From an uncultured virus (IMG/VR IMGVR_UViG_3300033146_001099) (lineage: Duplodnaviria > Heunggongvirae > Uroviricota > Caudoviricetes): 64,000 bases of DNA. The notes under the pieces are model-generated. The model saw nothing but the letters and a program-made list of their open reading frames with translations, had not been told where the DNA came from and ran no database searches. The stretch lies in the IMG/VR virus record IMGVR_UViG_3300033146_001099. One strand, written 5' to 3'. Of the stretch, positions 37,724-46,359 are shown in pieces (the stretch's first letter is position 1; every line of letters begins with the position of its first letter). The position numbers and the translations under genes were made by a program.

Positions 37724-37789
37724 GAAGGAGAAGTATAATAAAGGGTAGACTGGACATGACACAAGACTAAAAGAAAGAGGAATTAGGAC

Positions 37790-38023
37790 ATGAAAACTGT
37801 GAATTCGGCTGATTGGAATTTGTTATTGGAAGTTGACGACGAAGCTCGCCAAGCGATTCGGGATTGGGCCAGCGGCACGTTGACAACTCGTGATGTGGTT
37901 GGCCGATTTGCCTATACTTCGTATGCGGGCGAGTTCCGACGCTTGGTAAGAGGTAACGGCACTACATACGCTCGTCGTTTAGCTCGCAAGGCCTTAAAGT
38001 ACCGTGGCTTTGCGAACGTTTAA
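37790..38023 (+). CDS. hypothetical basic protein
   Basis: AGGA RBS. Confidence 0.7.
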   Translation: MKTVNSADWNLLLEVDDEARQAIRDWASGTLTTRDVVGRFAYTSYAGEFRRLVRGNGTTYARRLARKALKYRGFANV

Positions 38024-38061
38024 TCTTTTTCAGAAAACGGTGTATTAGGAGAAATGCGAAA

Positions 38062-38481
38062 ATGAGTGATCTTAACAAGTGGCTAGGCTCAGGTAGATTG
38101 ACGAAAGATGCTGAGCTACGATACATCCCCGCAGGAACTGCAGTGACCGACATGTCTATCTGCACGAATCGTGTATGGTCTAAGGATGGTGAAAAGCAAG
38201 AGGAGCCGTGTTTTATAGACGTTACAATTTGGGGCAAGCAGGGAGAAGCTATCCAGCAGTACCTAAAGAAGGGGCAGTATGTCCTAATCGAAGGACGATT
38301 GAAGCTTGACCAGTGGGAAAATAATGAGGGAGTAAAGCGATCTCGTCTACGAGTAGTTGCAGATCGAGTTCATCTCGCACCTCGCTCAACCTCTCCTAAA
38401 AATGGTAACGGCAGTGCAGTAATGAGCAGTTCTCCAGCCGAGAACAATGAAGTTCCGGTTGATGAGGAAATCCCATTTTAA
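38062..38481 (+). CDS. ssb: single-stranded DNA-binding protein
   Basis: NK...GRLTKDAELRY, WGKQGE, EGRL...W, acidic tail DEEIPF. Confidence 0.95.
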   Translation: MSDLNKWLGSGRLTKDAELRYIPAGTAVTDMSICTNRVWSKDGEKQEEPCFIDVTIWGKQGEAIQQYLKKGQYVLIEGRLKLDQWENNEGVKRSRLRVVADRVHLAPRSTSPKNGNGSAVMSSSPAENNEVPVDEEIPF

Positions 38482-38514
38482 TATTTTACAACGAGTAAAA
38501 TAGATAGTATAATC

Positions 38515-38545
38515 GAAGGGTGGCAGAAATGCTACCCTTCTTTTT
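38515..38545 (+). terminator. intrinsic terminator
   Basis: GAAGGGTGGCA/TGCTACCCTTC followed by T tract. Confidence 0.8.
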
Positions 38546-38562
38546 GGACCGAGGGAGAAAAC

Positions 38563-38916
38563 ATGAACTGGGTTGATCTAGCACCAACTATTTTTCGACA
38601 AAGGTTGATCATCGAAGGCACACTGCATAGTGCCATGCTTCCCAAAGACCTGAGTAAATACGTGTCAGGGATGGGACCAGAATTAAATATGGTGGCAGTA
38701 ACGACTCCTATGCTAAATTACAATTCTGATTATGGATGGTGTGCGTATATGCACTGGAAGGAATCGGGAATTCACATGTATGGCTGGGATCATCACGTTC
38801 CACCGTTTTTTAGTGTGGATATTTATACCTGTAAGCCTTTCGACCCTATGACTGCTATAGGCTTTACTGAAAAGTTTTTTGGAAAACAATTAAAACAATT
38901 AACTTATAAAGAGTAG
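38563..38916 (+). CDS. S-adenosylmethionine decarboxylase-like proenzyme
   Basis: KES (E|S pyruvoyl site), SVDIYTCKPFD. Confidence 0.75.
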   Translation: MNWVDLAPTIFRQRLIIEGTLHSAMLPKDLSKYVSGMGPELNMVAVTTPMLNYNSDYGWCAYMHWKESGIHMYGWDHHVPPFFSVDIYTCKPFDPMTAIGFTEKFFGKQLKQLTYKE

Positions 38917-38944
38917 TCCCATGAGCTACAGGATCGTTATCTAA

Positions 38945-40588
38945 ATGTGTGGTATAATAGCATTTGCTAAGAGTACTGATGATCCCAGTTTTGTACTCGA
39001 TATCCTGAAAGCTTTACAGTATCGTGGATATGATAGCGGAGGGCTATGTTTTCAGACAACAGACCATACAAAAGTTCAAAGAAAATGGCTAGGAGGGGTT
39101 CCCGATCTTAAACTACCAAGTTATGACTATACAATGGGGATGGCTCATACACGATGGGCTACACATGGTAAAGTAAACAAAAAGAATACACATCCTATCA
39201 CTAGTGGCAACGTAACAATTGTTCATAACGGGATCGTCGAAAACCACCAGAAATATGCTGGTACTCGCCACACAGACACGGACACAGAGGCGATTGCAAC
39301 ATACATTAATGACCGGATTGTGATGGGGTGGTCTATCGTAGAGGCAATTGAACAGGCGGCGGAATTCTTTAATAACAAAATGGGAGCTTTCGTCTTACAT
39401 TGGGATACTGTGCCGCGACGAAGCGGTTTGACTCCTCCAACTTGGAACGCTCTCTTCGCGTACACGGACGGACCACCGCTATACTATACACGGTCAGGGC
39501 TGATCTGTAGTAATCTGGAGGTGTTGAGTGGATATGAGAAAGAGGCTTTTCTGATTGATAGTGGCGGTATAGTTGAGATAAGCGAGGGGCAGATAATACG
39601 ACGTAAGAGGGGAGCAACTCTATTAGATGTACCAGAAATCGCTATTGCTAACTTTGACGAAGCTTATATGCCACGAGAGATTCAGGAGCAACTTGATCTC
39701 ATACTAGATAGAAAAACATACACTAAGATCATATATGCAGACGAAAGAACGGTAATGTTAGGTTGTGGCAGTAGCTACTATGCAGCTATGGTAGCAGCGT
39801 GCATCCTCCGTACAGAAGGCTACGATGTTACTGCTGAATATGCTACAGAAGCACAATTTAATAAAAGGGTAAAGAACTATATCTTTGTTAGTCAGAGTGG
39901 AGAAACAAAAGACCTGATTGACTTTAAAAGAAAATATAGAGAACAACTTAAAGGTAAACAGCTAGTCTATGTACAGAATAAAGCCACAAGCCCCCTGTCT
40001 CAGTCATTTGATTATCACGGAGCGGTAGTCGTTAATATTAAGGCAGGACCAGAGATAGGGGTGGCGGCAACAAAGACCTTCACTCTTTCTATTTTGTCCT
40101 TGCTAGAGATTGCTGGAATCAAAACAAAACTTAGCAGTATAGTTAAAGGTATAGGTGACCACTGGCAGCATACTCTCGACCACTGCAAGGAGATGGGGGA
40201 ATACATAGCAGGCTTTAAAAATGTACTGATTTTAGGTACCGAAGAGTATTATCCCTTGGCATTGGAGGCCGCTTTAAAGTTCAAAGAAATAGCACAGATA
40301 CACGCCGAAGCTATGCCTGCCGCCGAAATTAAACATGGACCGATTGCCCTTGTCGATAAAAATACCCTTACGCTGGTTTTGAGGTCGCCCAGAAAGGCAC
40401 ACGGCAATAAGGTAGAGGATAATATTAGACAGATACAGGCTCGGGGCGGGCCAGTAATTGATCTGGTTGGACAGCAATGGTTGCTTGATACGATCATTCG
40501 GTTCCAATTAATAGCTTTATATGCTACTTCATTTAAAGGTTTAGATTGCGATAAGCCTAGAAACTTAGCGAAAACGGTAACAGTATGA
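38945..40588 (+). CDS. glmS: glutamine-fructose-6-phosphate aminotransferase (compact)
   Basis: MCGII, YRGYDSGG, HTRWATHG, HNGIVEN, SQSGET, GPEIGVAATKTF, KHGPIAL, PRNLAKTVTV. Confidence 0.95.
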   Translation: MCGIIAFAKSTDDPSFVLDILKALQYRGYDSGGLCFQTTDHTKVQRKWLGGVPDLKLPSYDYTMGMAHTRWATHGKVNKKNTHPITSGNVTIVHNGIVENHQKYAGTRHTDTDTEAIATYINDRIVMGWSIVEAIEQAAEFFNNKMGAFVLHWDTVPRRSGLTPPTWNALFAYTDGPPLYYTRSGLICSNLEVLSGYEKEAFLIDSGGIVEISEGQIIRRKRGATLLDVPEIAIANFDEAYMPREIQEQLDLILDRKTYTKIIYADERTVMLGCGSSYYAAMVAACILRTEGYDVTAEYATEAQFNKRVKNYIFVSQSGETKDLIDFKRKYREQLKGKQLVYVQNKATSPLSQSFDYHGAVVVNIKAGPEIGVAATKTFTLSILSLLEIAGIKTKLSSIVKGIGDHWQHTLDHCKEMGEYIAGFKNVLILGTEEYYPLALEAALKFKEIAQIHAEAMPAAEIKHGPIALVDKNTLTLVLRSPRKAHGNKVEDNIRQIQARGGPVIDLVGQQWLLDTIIRFQLIALYATSFKGLDCDKPRNLAKTVTV

Positions 40589-40629
40589 CAGGTGCAACCG
40601 CTTGACTTTTAAAGGGAAGGAAGGATAGA

Positions 40630-40815
40630 ATGGATAGCATCAAGAGGCTTATCGACAAGTCAATGCAGGCGGCTATCGAGGATTACGACGAGGAGGCGTT
40701 TAGTATTGCTAGTGCGGCAGATATCGAGTTTGATGATATGCAAGAGCTACTACTAGCGTTGGCAGGTGAGGCACAGGATAGCCTGATGACTAGGATCAGA
40801 CAATTTATTGTTTAG
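40630..40815 (+). CDS. small acidic hypothetical protein
   Basis: AAGGA RBS. Confidence 0.55.
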   Translation: MDSIKRLIDKSMQAAIEDYDEEAFSIASAADIEFDDMQELLLALAGEAQDSLMTRIRQFIV

Positions 40816-40924
40816 CTCAGCACCACTTAAAGGAATAAGTATGGCACCAACTGACCCCGTAGGAATATTGTTATGGTTAAAAGATATAATGGACCTTTGG
40901 GGAGACTTTCTGCTAAGTAAGTTA

Positions 40925-41225
40925 CGACTAAGATAATTCCCTTCGGGGATAATGATTGTAGACGTTGTTATAGAAGTTTGTTATGGACGTGGGGGGCAGT
41001 TCCCCACCGCCTCCACCAAATTTTCGACCACCTCCACCGTTTTTTGTGTATAAACGGGGGCGAAATAGTTTCGACATGCAAAAAGAAGTAATAACTGCAA
41101 TCCGTAGTTGACAGAAGGGCTACGTTAAAAATCTGTTACCTTTAATTGCAGACGCAAGTCTAGCTTTGGCAGCGTAAGCTGTCTGGGGAGTGGCCTCGTC
41201 CTTATTATCCAAACGGGGCATTTTC
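40925..41225 (+). ncRNA. ssrA: circularly permuted (two-piece) tmRNA; outer boundaries approximate
   Basis: Acceptor 3' strand CGCCTCC-ACCA (41008-41018) precedes the 5' strand GGGGGCG (41056-41062) with G3:U70; pk1; tag ADASLALAA* at 41148-41177. Confidence 0.9.
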
Positions 41226-41288
41226 ACCACCAAGAGGGGGTTCCAGAAAGTGTTTAGTGCAGGTTTGATTCCTGCCAAAGGATCAAGT

Positions 41289-41486
41289 ATGCTCACAAAA
41301 GCACAATTTGAAACACTCACTCCATTTGATCGTGGGTATATTGTTTACCTGTGTGGCAACAAGAAGGATCAACCATGCATTCCAAACGAACAAAACCCTT
41401 ATGATGAAACAAGCAGCGAATACATACAGTGGAATCGTGGACAACATCAAGCGGTTACAGAAGCACAGGGTAATCCGCAACTTTAG
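41289..41486 (+). CDS. small protein with RMF-like motif
   Basis: FDRGY...G...NPY...W.RG..A; AAGGA RBS. Confidence 0.6.
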   Translation: MLTKAQFETLTPFDRGYIVYLCGNKKDQPCIPNEQNPYDETSSEYIQWNRGQHQAVTEAQGNPQL

Positions 41487-41502
41487 AGAAGAAAGGCACA
41501 CC

Positions 41503-41817
41503 ATGGACAATACAGATATGATCCAGCTATATCGGTTTAGGATCTGGCCCCACCCCTACGGCTCCTATAGAGTGGACGGCGACAATGCCGAAAAAAATTC
41601 ATATAAATTTGATGAGGAGATTATGGTTCTAGATGTTCCGGCTGCGGGCCTTGGGGAGTTTCATCAAGAAAACGAGGTGTATACGATTGTCGACGGTACA
41701 GTCGATGAGCCAGTACTCGTAATCTTGTGCGACAACGGGCAAAAGGTACGCGACTATATATCTGGCCTTTTGTTTAGCTTCAAGCTAGATGAAATCTTTA
41801 GCAAACAGAGAACGTAA
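41503..41817 (+). CDS. hypothetical protein
   Basis: AAAGG RBS; within ORF 41308..41817. Confidence 0.65.
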   Translation: MDNTDMIQLYRFRIWPHPYGSYRVDGDNAEKNSYKFDEEIMVLDVPAAGLGEFHQENEVYTIVDGTVDEPVLVILCDNGQKVRDYISGLLFSFKLDEIFSKQRT

Positions 41818-41818
41818 T

Positions 41819-42292
41819 ATGCCCCATAGCTTTAATCTATCAGCGAGGTTAAATTCGCCTTGCCCCGAAGATACTTTTAGTATTTTTAACAATTGGGCTA
41901 TTAAAGCTACTGGAAATTTTCCACAATGTATACGAAATGCTGATCGTATTATTGATGATTGTAATAGACACTTTAAAGACATACATAAGCTAAGTGCGTT
42001 GGAACTCGGGTCGTTAGAGGGCCACTTATCGGTAACATTTGATAAACATTTTCGACAACTGACCTGTATTGAGGGTAGACCCTACCATTATTTAAAGGCC
42101 TTGGTAGCAAAAGAGCTGCTCGGGTTGAAAGCTAAGATTTTATGTGGCAACTTTATTAATTTTTTACGAGAGACAGACGAGAGATGGGATGTGATTATAG
42201 CTACTGGTGTACTATACCATATGCACAATCCGATAGAGCTGATTAAGCTTATGTCGCAACATAGTGGGACTGCTGTTGCGATTCATAATTAA
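41819..42292 (+). CDS. SAM methyltransferase, probably C-terminally truncated
   Basis: ALELGSLEG, CIEGR, ATGVLYHM.NP; ends soon after. Confidence 0.7.
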   Translation: MPHSFNLSARLNSPCPEDTFSIFNNWAIKATGNFPQCIRNADRIIDDCNRHFKDIHKLSALELGSLEGHLSVTFDKHFRQLTCIEGRPYHYLKALVAKELLGLKAKILCGNFINFLRETDERWDVIIATGVLYHMHNPIELIKLMSQHSGTAVAIHN

Positions 42293-42304
42293 CTGGAGAA
42301 AACA

Positions 42305-42586
42305 ATGAGAAACTTACTTATTATATTAGTAGCAGTATTGGCTTTAACGTTTGTAACAAGCACATGCTCTGCACAGAACGGATGGCACAGGCACGGTAAT
42401 ATTGCACACGGTCATTATCATACCCAGTACCACTATCACTATCCCATTACTCATTGGCATTCAACCAGCACAAGCATACGTCCAGCATATATGTACGGTT
42501 ATAATGTGAGATTCGGCCATCCCTCCTTCGTCAGATATTACCGTCATCACAGCCATATTCATTACTACTATCGTCGAGGATGGTAA
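42305..42586 (+). CDS. secreted His/Tyr-rich small protein
   Basis: Signal peptide followed by an H/Y/R-rich mature part. Confidence 0.75.
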   Translation: MRNLLIILVAVLALTFVTSTCSAQNGWHRHGNIAHGHYHTQYHYHYPITHWHSTSTSIRPAYMYGYNVRFGHPSFVRYYRHHSHIHYYYRRGW

Positions 42587-42596
42587 AAATATTATT

Positions 42597-43025
42597 ATGA
42601 GGATACTAACAATCTTGTTTTTAGGAGCTATTATGGGATGTGATTTTCAAGGTAAGGATCTACCACCAGCATCAGCCAATGTCGAGACGACACTCACTGT
42701 CGCAGAACAATACCACGATGGTGACGAGATTATCATGCAGTTTAGTGCTGACTGGTGTGGTCCATGTCAACAGCTCAAGGCAATGGCCAATGAGAGTCAG
42801 GCTCTACAAAAGCACTTCAATTCTACCAAGGGGTACTTTGTTATTGATATTGACGAGGAAGATACCTTTAGCAAGGCTTGGACAGCTAAAGCTAATCCCG
42901 GTTCTATTCCAACAGTGATTCGCTACAGATATAAGGATGGGAAGTGGAGCGAGGGTATGCGTTTTGTAGGTTACCGTAACGAGGAAGCTTTCCTGTCCTT
43001 TTTAAAGGTCAAATGGCCGCTATAA
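42597..43025 (+). CDS. thioredoxin-family lipoprotein
   Basis: Lipobox-like IMGC; FSADWCGPC; SIPT. Confidence 0.85.
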   Translation: MRILTILFLGAIMGCDFQGKDLPPASANVETTLTVAEQYHDGDEIIMQFSADWCGPCQQLKAMANESQALQKHFNSTKGYFVIDIDEEDTFSKAWTAKANPGSIPTVIRYRYKDGKWSEGMRFVGYRNEEAFLSFLKVKWPL

Positions 43026-43069
43026 TAAGGTAGAGAAAAAATAGAACAACCAAAAAAGAGGATATATCG

Positions 43070-44293
43070 ATGCAACGCAGGCAGTTTTTAGTTGGTAGTG
43101 CTGCTGGTTTAGGCAGTATGGCGTCTCTGGGGAACGTTACTTTCTCCCAAGATCTCACCAAAAAAGAAGAGAACGCAGTTATTTTCTTATTCTTGGGCGG
43201 TGGAGCATCTTCTGTTGAACTCTTCAATCCTATTCCTACAGCTGATTCAACCCACAGATCCGTAACAGGTTACGTTAACACGAACGTTCCCGGTATGGAA
43301 TTGGGTGGGCTTTTCAAAGATTTAGCTAAATATGGGAATCGCATAGCTCTTTTCAGGGGATTTCATCACCGAGATGCTAATCATTCGAGTGCCACTCACT
43401 GGGTAGTCACTGGACAATCGAATTTTGGGGCTGGTACAACGCAAAAGTGGCCGAGTTATGGCTCAGCGGCGTCAGGATGGCTCGGAACAAATGCACTTAA
43501 CGGTCTGCCCACATATATTAAAATGAACAGCATAGCCCACGACGACGCGGCGTTCATGGGTGGTAAATTTGTCGGCTACGACGCCACCCAACAGGGTCGT
43601 AAGGATCTCCTGCTCAGTATGGAACTCAAGCGATTCGAAAAGCGGCTGAAATTCCTGTCAGTTATCGACAAAGACTTCGGCAAGGGCCAACGGCTAGCTG
43701 AACAGTGGACCGAATTGCGTGGACAGGCCGTAGAAATCGTAGCAGGAGACGCTTCTGAAGCGTTTAAAATAGAAGCAGATGAAGATTATGATGCTTTCAA
43801 GGAGGACACTCTTGGACGAGATGCTTTGACTGCTGTAAAGATAATTCAGGCAGGCTCTCGATTCGTGACGTTGAGCTATAATGGATGGGATATGCATAGT
43901 AATATTTTACAAGGGATGAACACAAGGCAACCTATACTAGATAAGTACATTGCTTTACTTCTTGATACTTTACGCAAAAGGGGAATGAATAAAAAGACCA
44001 TGTTGGTAGTTACATCGGAGTTTGGTCGAACTCCTATCAATGCTAATGCTGGTCGTGATCACAACGCGAGAATTGGCAATCTAATGATCGCTTGTGACTC
44101 ATATGAAATGGGAAAAGTTGTCGGTTCAACTGACCCGCTGGGGACAGAGGCTACGGAAGGCCTATGTCAGCCAAAAGACTTACGATGGACTATATTTGAC
44201 CATTTACAAATGCCAAAAGAGATGAAGTGGACTGGATTAGATGGTCGACCGATGCACTTAGTAGAATCAGAGTCAAAGAATATACTTAAATAA
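43070..44293 (+). CDS. DUF1501 family protein with Tat signal
   Basis: RRQFL; IFLFLGGGAS, PSYGS, GWDMH, SEFGRTP.N..GRDH. Confidence 0.9.
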   Translation: MQRRQFLVGSAAGLGSMASLGNVTFSQDLTKKEENAVIFLFLGGGASSVELFNPIPTADSTHRSVTGYVNTNVPGMELGGLFKDLAKYGNRIALFRGFHHRDANHSSATHWVVTGQSNFGAGTTQKWPSYGSAASGWLGTNALNGLPTYIKMNSIAHDDAAFMGGKFVGYDATQQGRKDLLLSMELKRFEKRLKFLSVIDKDFGKGQRLAEQWTELRGQAVEIVAGDASEAFKIEADEDYDAFKEDTLGRDALTAVKIIQAGSRFVTLSYNGWDMHSNILQGMNTRQPILDKYIALLLDTLRKRGMNKKTMLVVTSEFGRTPINANAGRDHNARIGNLMIACDSYEMGKVVGSTDPLGTEATEGLCQPKDLRWTIFDHLQMPKEMKWTGLDGRPMHLVESESKNILK

Positions 44294-44369
44294 CTAACAC
44301 ATGGGGAATTACCATGAGTGAAAACATTTATTATGATAATAATAATCCCGCCGACTGGCTAGACATCTG

Positions 44370-44729
44370 ATGTATACTTACAAAGCTAAATTAGTACGTG
44401 TGATTGATGGCGATTCTGTCGTTTTAGACATTGATCTAGGTCTAAACGTCTGGCAATGCAACGAGCACTGTCGTCTCTATGGCATCAATACCCCAGAAAT
44501 TCGTGGTGGTACACCCGAAACAAAAGCTGCGGGATTCGACGCTAAGATCGAACTAGCAGAACTCATAGCTAATTCTGATGGTAAGTTGATAATTCGAACC
44601 CACTTGGATAAAGAAGGAAAGTTTGGTCGTCTGCTGGTTATTTTGCATCATACAGAAGATATAGAGCTGAAATATAGTTTTAACGACCTAATGGTTAAGT
44701 CAGGTCACGCAGAATATAAAATTTATTAG
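44370..44729 (+). CDS. staphylococcal nuclease-like (thermonuclease) protein
   Basis: RVIDGDS..LDIDLG, RLYGINTPE, GKFGRLL. Confidence 0.9.
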   Translation: MYTYKAKLVRVIDGDSVVLDIDLGLNVWQCNEHCRLYGINTPEIRGGTPETKAAGFDAKIELAELIANSDGKLIIRTHLDKEGKFGRLLVILHHTEDIELKYSFNDLMVKSGHAEYKIY

Positions 44730-44759
44730 TCTTCACTGACGGATTCGCAACGTATAATT

Positions 44760-44793
44760 ACCGTAAGAGGGTAAATCCCCTTACGGTTTTTTT
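44760..44793 (+). terminator. intrinsic terminator
   Basis: ACCGTAAG..GG/CCTTACGGT followed by T tract. Confidence 0.8.
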
Positions 44794-44822
44794 GTGTCTA
44801 TACGAACGGAGTGCTGCGAAAA

Positions 44823-45902
44823 ATGAAACAGATCAATCTTCAAGTGGCAATAAATTCTCTGGGCTATGGAGTTGTAGGATATAATGTACATCAGCAACTA
44901 AACCAAACAGAGGACGTAACACTGTGGCCTATCGGCGGTCAGGTACAACCTCCATGCGAAATCAGTGAGATAGGTGTTCAGCAGATCAAAATTGATATCG
45001 GCAAACAGAATACCTTTGATCCCACCTTACCATTTCTTAAGATATGGCATGAGAACCAATTGGCAGAGCGTATTGGCAGTGGTCGTTATTCCGCTCTATC
45101 CTTTTTTGAAGTAAACAAATTTGATGATCGCCGCAAGTCGCACCTGCTATCGTTAGATAATATCATTGTTCCGTCTCGCTGGGCAGGGGATATTGTCTTC
45201 GACCAGTGCCATGTCAAGCCTGCTGTCGTCCCTATGGGCGTGAATCGGGACATCTTTAACGAGAGTTTTAATACTATCCAGCCCCACAGGTGCATCTTTT
45301 TTAATTGTGGAAAGTGGGAGGTAAGAAAGGGTCACGATATTCTGGGTGAAGCATTTAAAGATGCGTTTTCAAATCAAACCAACGTAGAACTATGGCTGAT
45401 GACAGAAAATCCTTTTCTTAACGCCGACGAAAGGCGATATTGGGAGAACCTTTACCGTGGTGACCGTCGTATAAAGATAATGTCTCGGGTTCAGTATCAA
45501 GAAGAGCTAGCACAGATCATGAGTCAAGTACATTGTGGTGTCTTCCCTGCTCGTGCAGAGGGTTGGAACCTAGAGCTATTAGAGTTAATGAGTATGGGCA
45601 AGCAAGTGATTACAACTAATTATTCTGCTCATACTGAATTTTGTACCGAAGCAAATGCTAGACTAATAAGTATAGTAGATGAAGAGCCCATGTTCGATGG
45701 TAAATGGTTTACTGGAGACTGTGGAGTATGGGCCTCGCTAGATGATCAACCTTATGATCAGCTAGTGACACATCTACAGGACGAATATAAGTCTTGGGTG
45801 AATGATCCCACCGTACTTAATACAGCGGGCATAGAGACTGCGGAGAATTTAACCTGGAATAAGACCGCCACTAGATTATTGGAGATAGCGGCTCATGACT
45901 AA
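44823..45902 (+). CDS. glycosyltransferase family 4
   Basis: GKWEVRKGHDIL, FPARAEGWNLELLE.M.MG, TNYSAHTEF. Confidence 0.9.
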   Translation: MKQINLQVAINSLGYGVVGYNVHQQLNQTEDVTLWPIGGQVQPPCEISEIGVQQIKIDIGKQNTFDPTLPFLKIWHENQLAERIGSGRYSALSFFEVNKFDDRRKSHLLSLDNIIVPSRWAGDIVFDQCHVKPAVVPMGVNRDIFNESFNTIQPHRCIFFNCGKWEVRKGHDILGEAFKDAFSNQTNVELWLMTENPFLNADERRYWENLYRGDRRIKIMSRVQYQEELAQIMSQVHCGVFPARAEGWNLELLELMSMGKQVITTNYSAHTEFCTEANARLISIVDEEPMFDGKWFTGDCGVWASLDDQPYDQLVTHLQDEYKSWVNDPTVLNTAGIETAENLTWNKTATRLLEIAAHD

Positions 45903-46359
45903 CACTGTGCTTGTCCAGCGACTTACGGAAGAGGCGACTGTCCCCACTCAAGCACATGAAAATGATGCGGGCTGGGACTTGTATTCTATTGAAGACATTT
46001 CGATCAACGGAGGGGAGCGGCGAACCATTAAAACTGGAATCGCTTTCCAAATTCCAAATGGTCATGCTGGGCTTATCTGGCCTCGTTCGGGACTCGCTGT
46101 CAAAAAGGGCCTGGACATATTAGCAGGAGTGATTGACTCAGACTATCGTGGGGAGATTAAGGTGTGTCTATTTAATTCTACTATACCTCTTCCTCTATGG
46201 GAGACTCCTCAAAGTGATGATGTGCGAGTGGATATTAAAAAAGGAGATAGAATCGCTCAGATAATATTCCATTCTCTACCTAAGTTCATAATGATGGAAG
46301 TCTATAGTCTTAACGACACGGAAAGATCTATGTCTGGGTTTGGGAGTAGCGGAACATGA
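45895..46359 (+). CDS. dut: dUTPase
   Basis: DAGWDL, PRSGLA, GVIDSDYRGE, GDRIAQ, R..SGFGSSG. Confidence 0.95.
   Translation: MTNTVLVQRLTEEATVPTQAHENDAGWDLYSIEDISINGGERRTIKTGIAFQIPNGHAGLIWPRSGLAVKKGLDILAGVIDSDYRGEIKVCLFNSTIPLPLWETPQSDDVRVDIKKGDRIAQIIFHSLPKFIMMEVYSLNDTERSMSGFGSSGT

Noticed and set aside
41259..41276. T-arm-like GCAGG-TTTGATT-CCTGC after the tmRNA
   Set aside because: I could not build acceptor, D or anticodon arms; at most a tRNA remnant.
41120..41320. ORFs overlapping the tmRNA coding piece (41120..41320 minus; 5' extension of 41190..41486)
   Set aside because: Explained by the RNA gene; the RBS supports a start at 41289.
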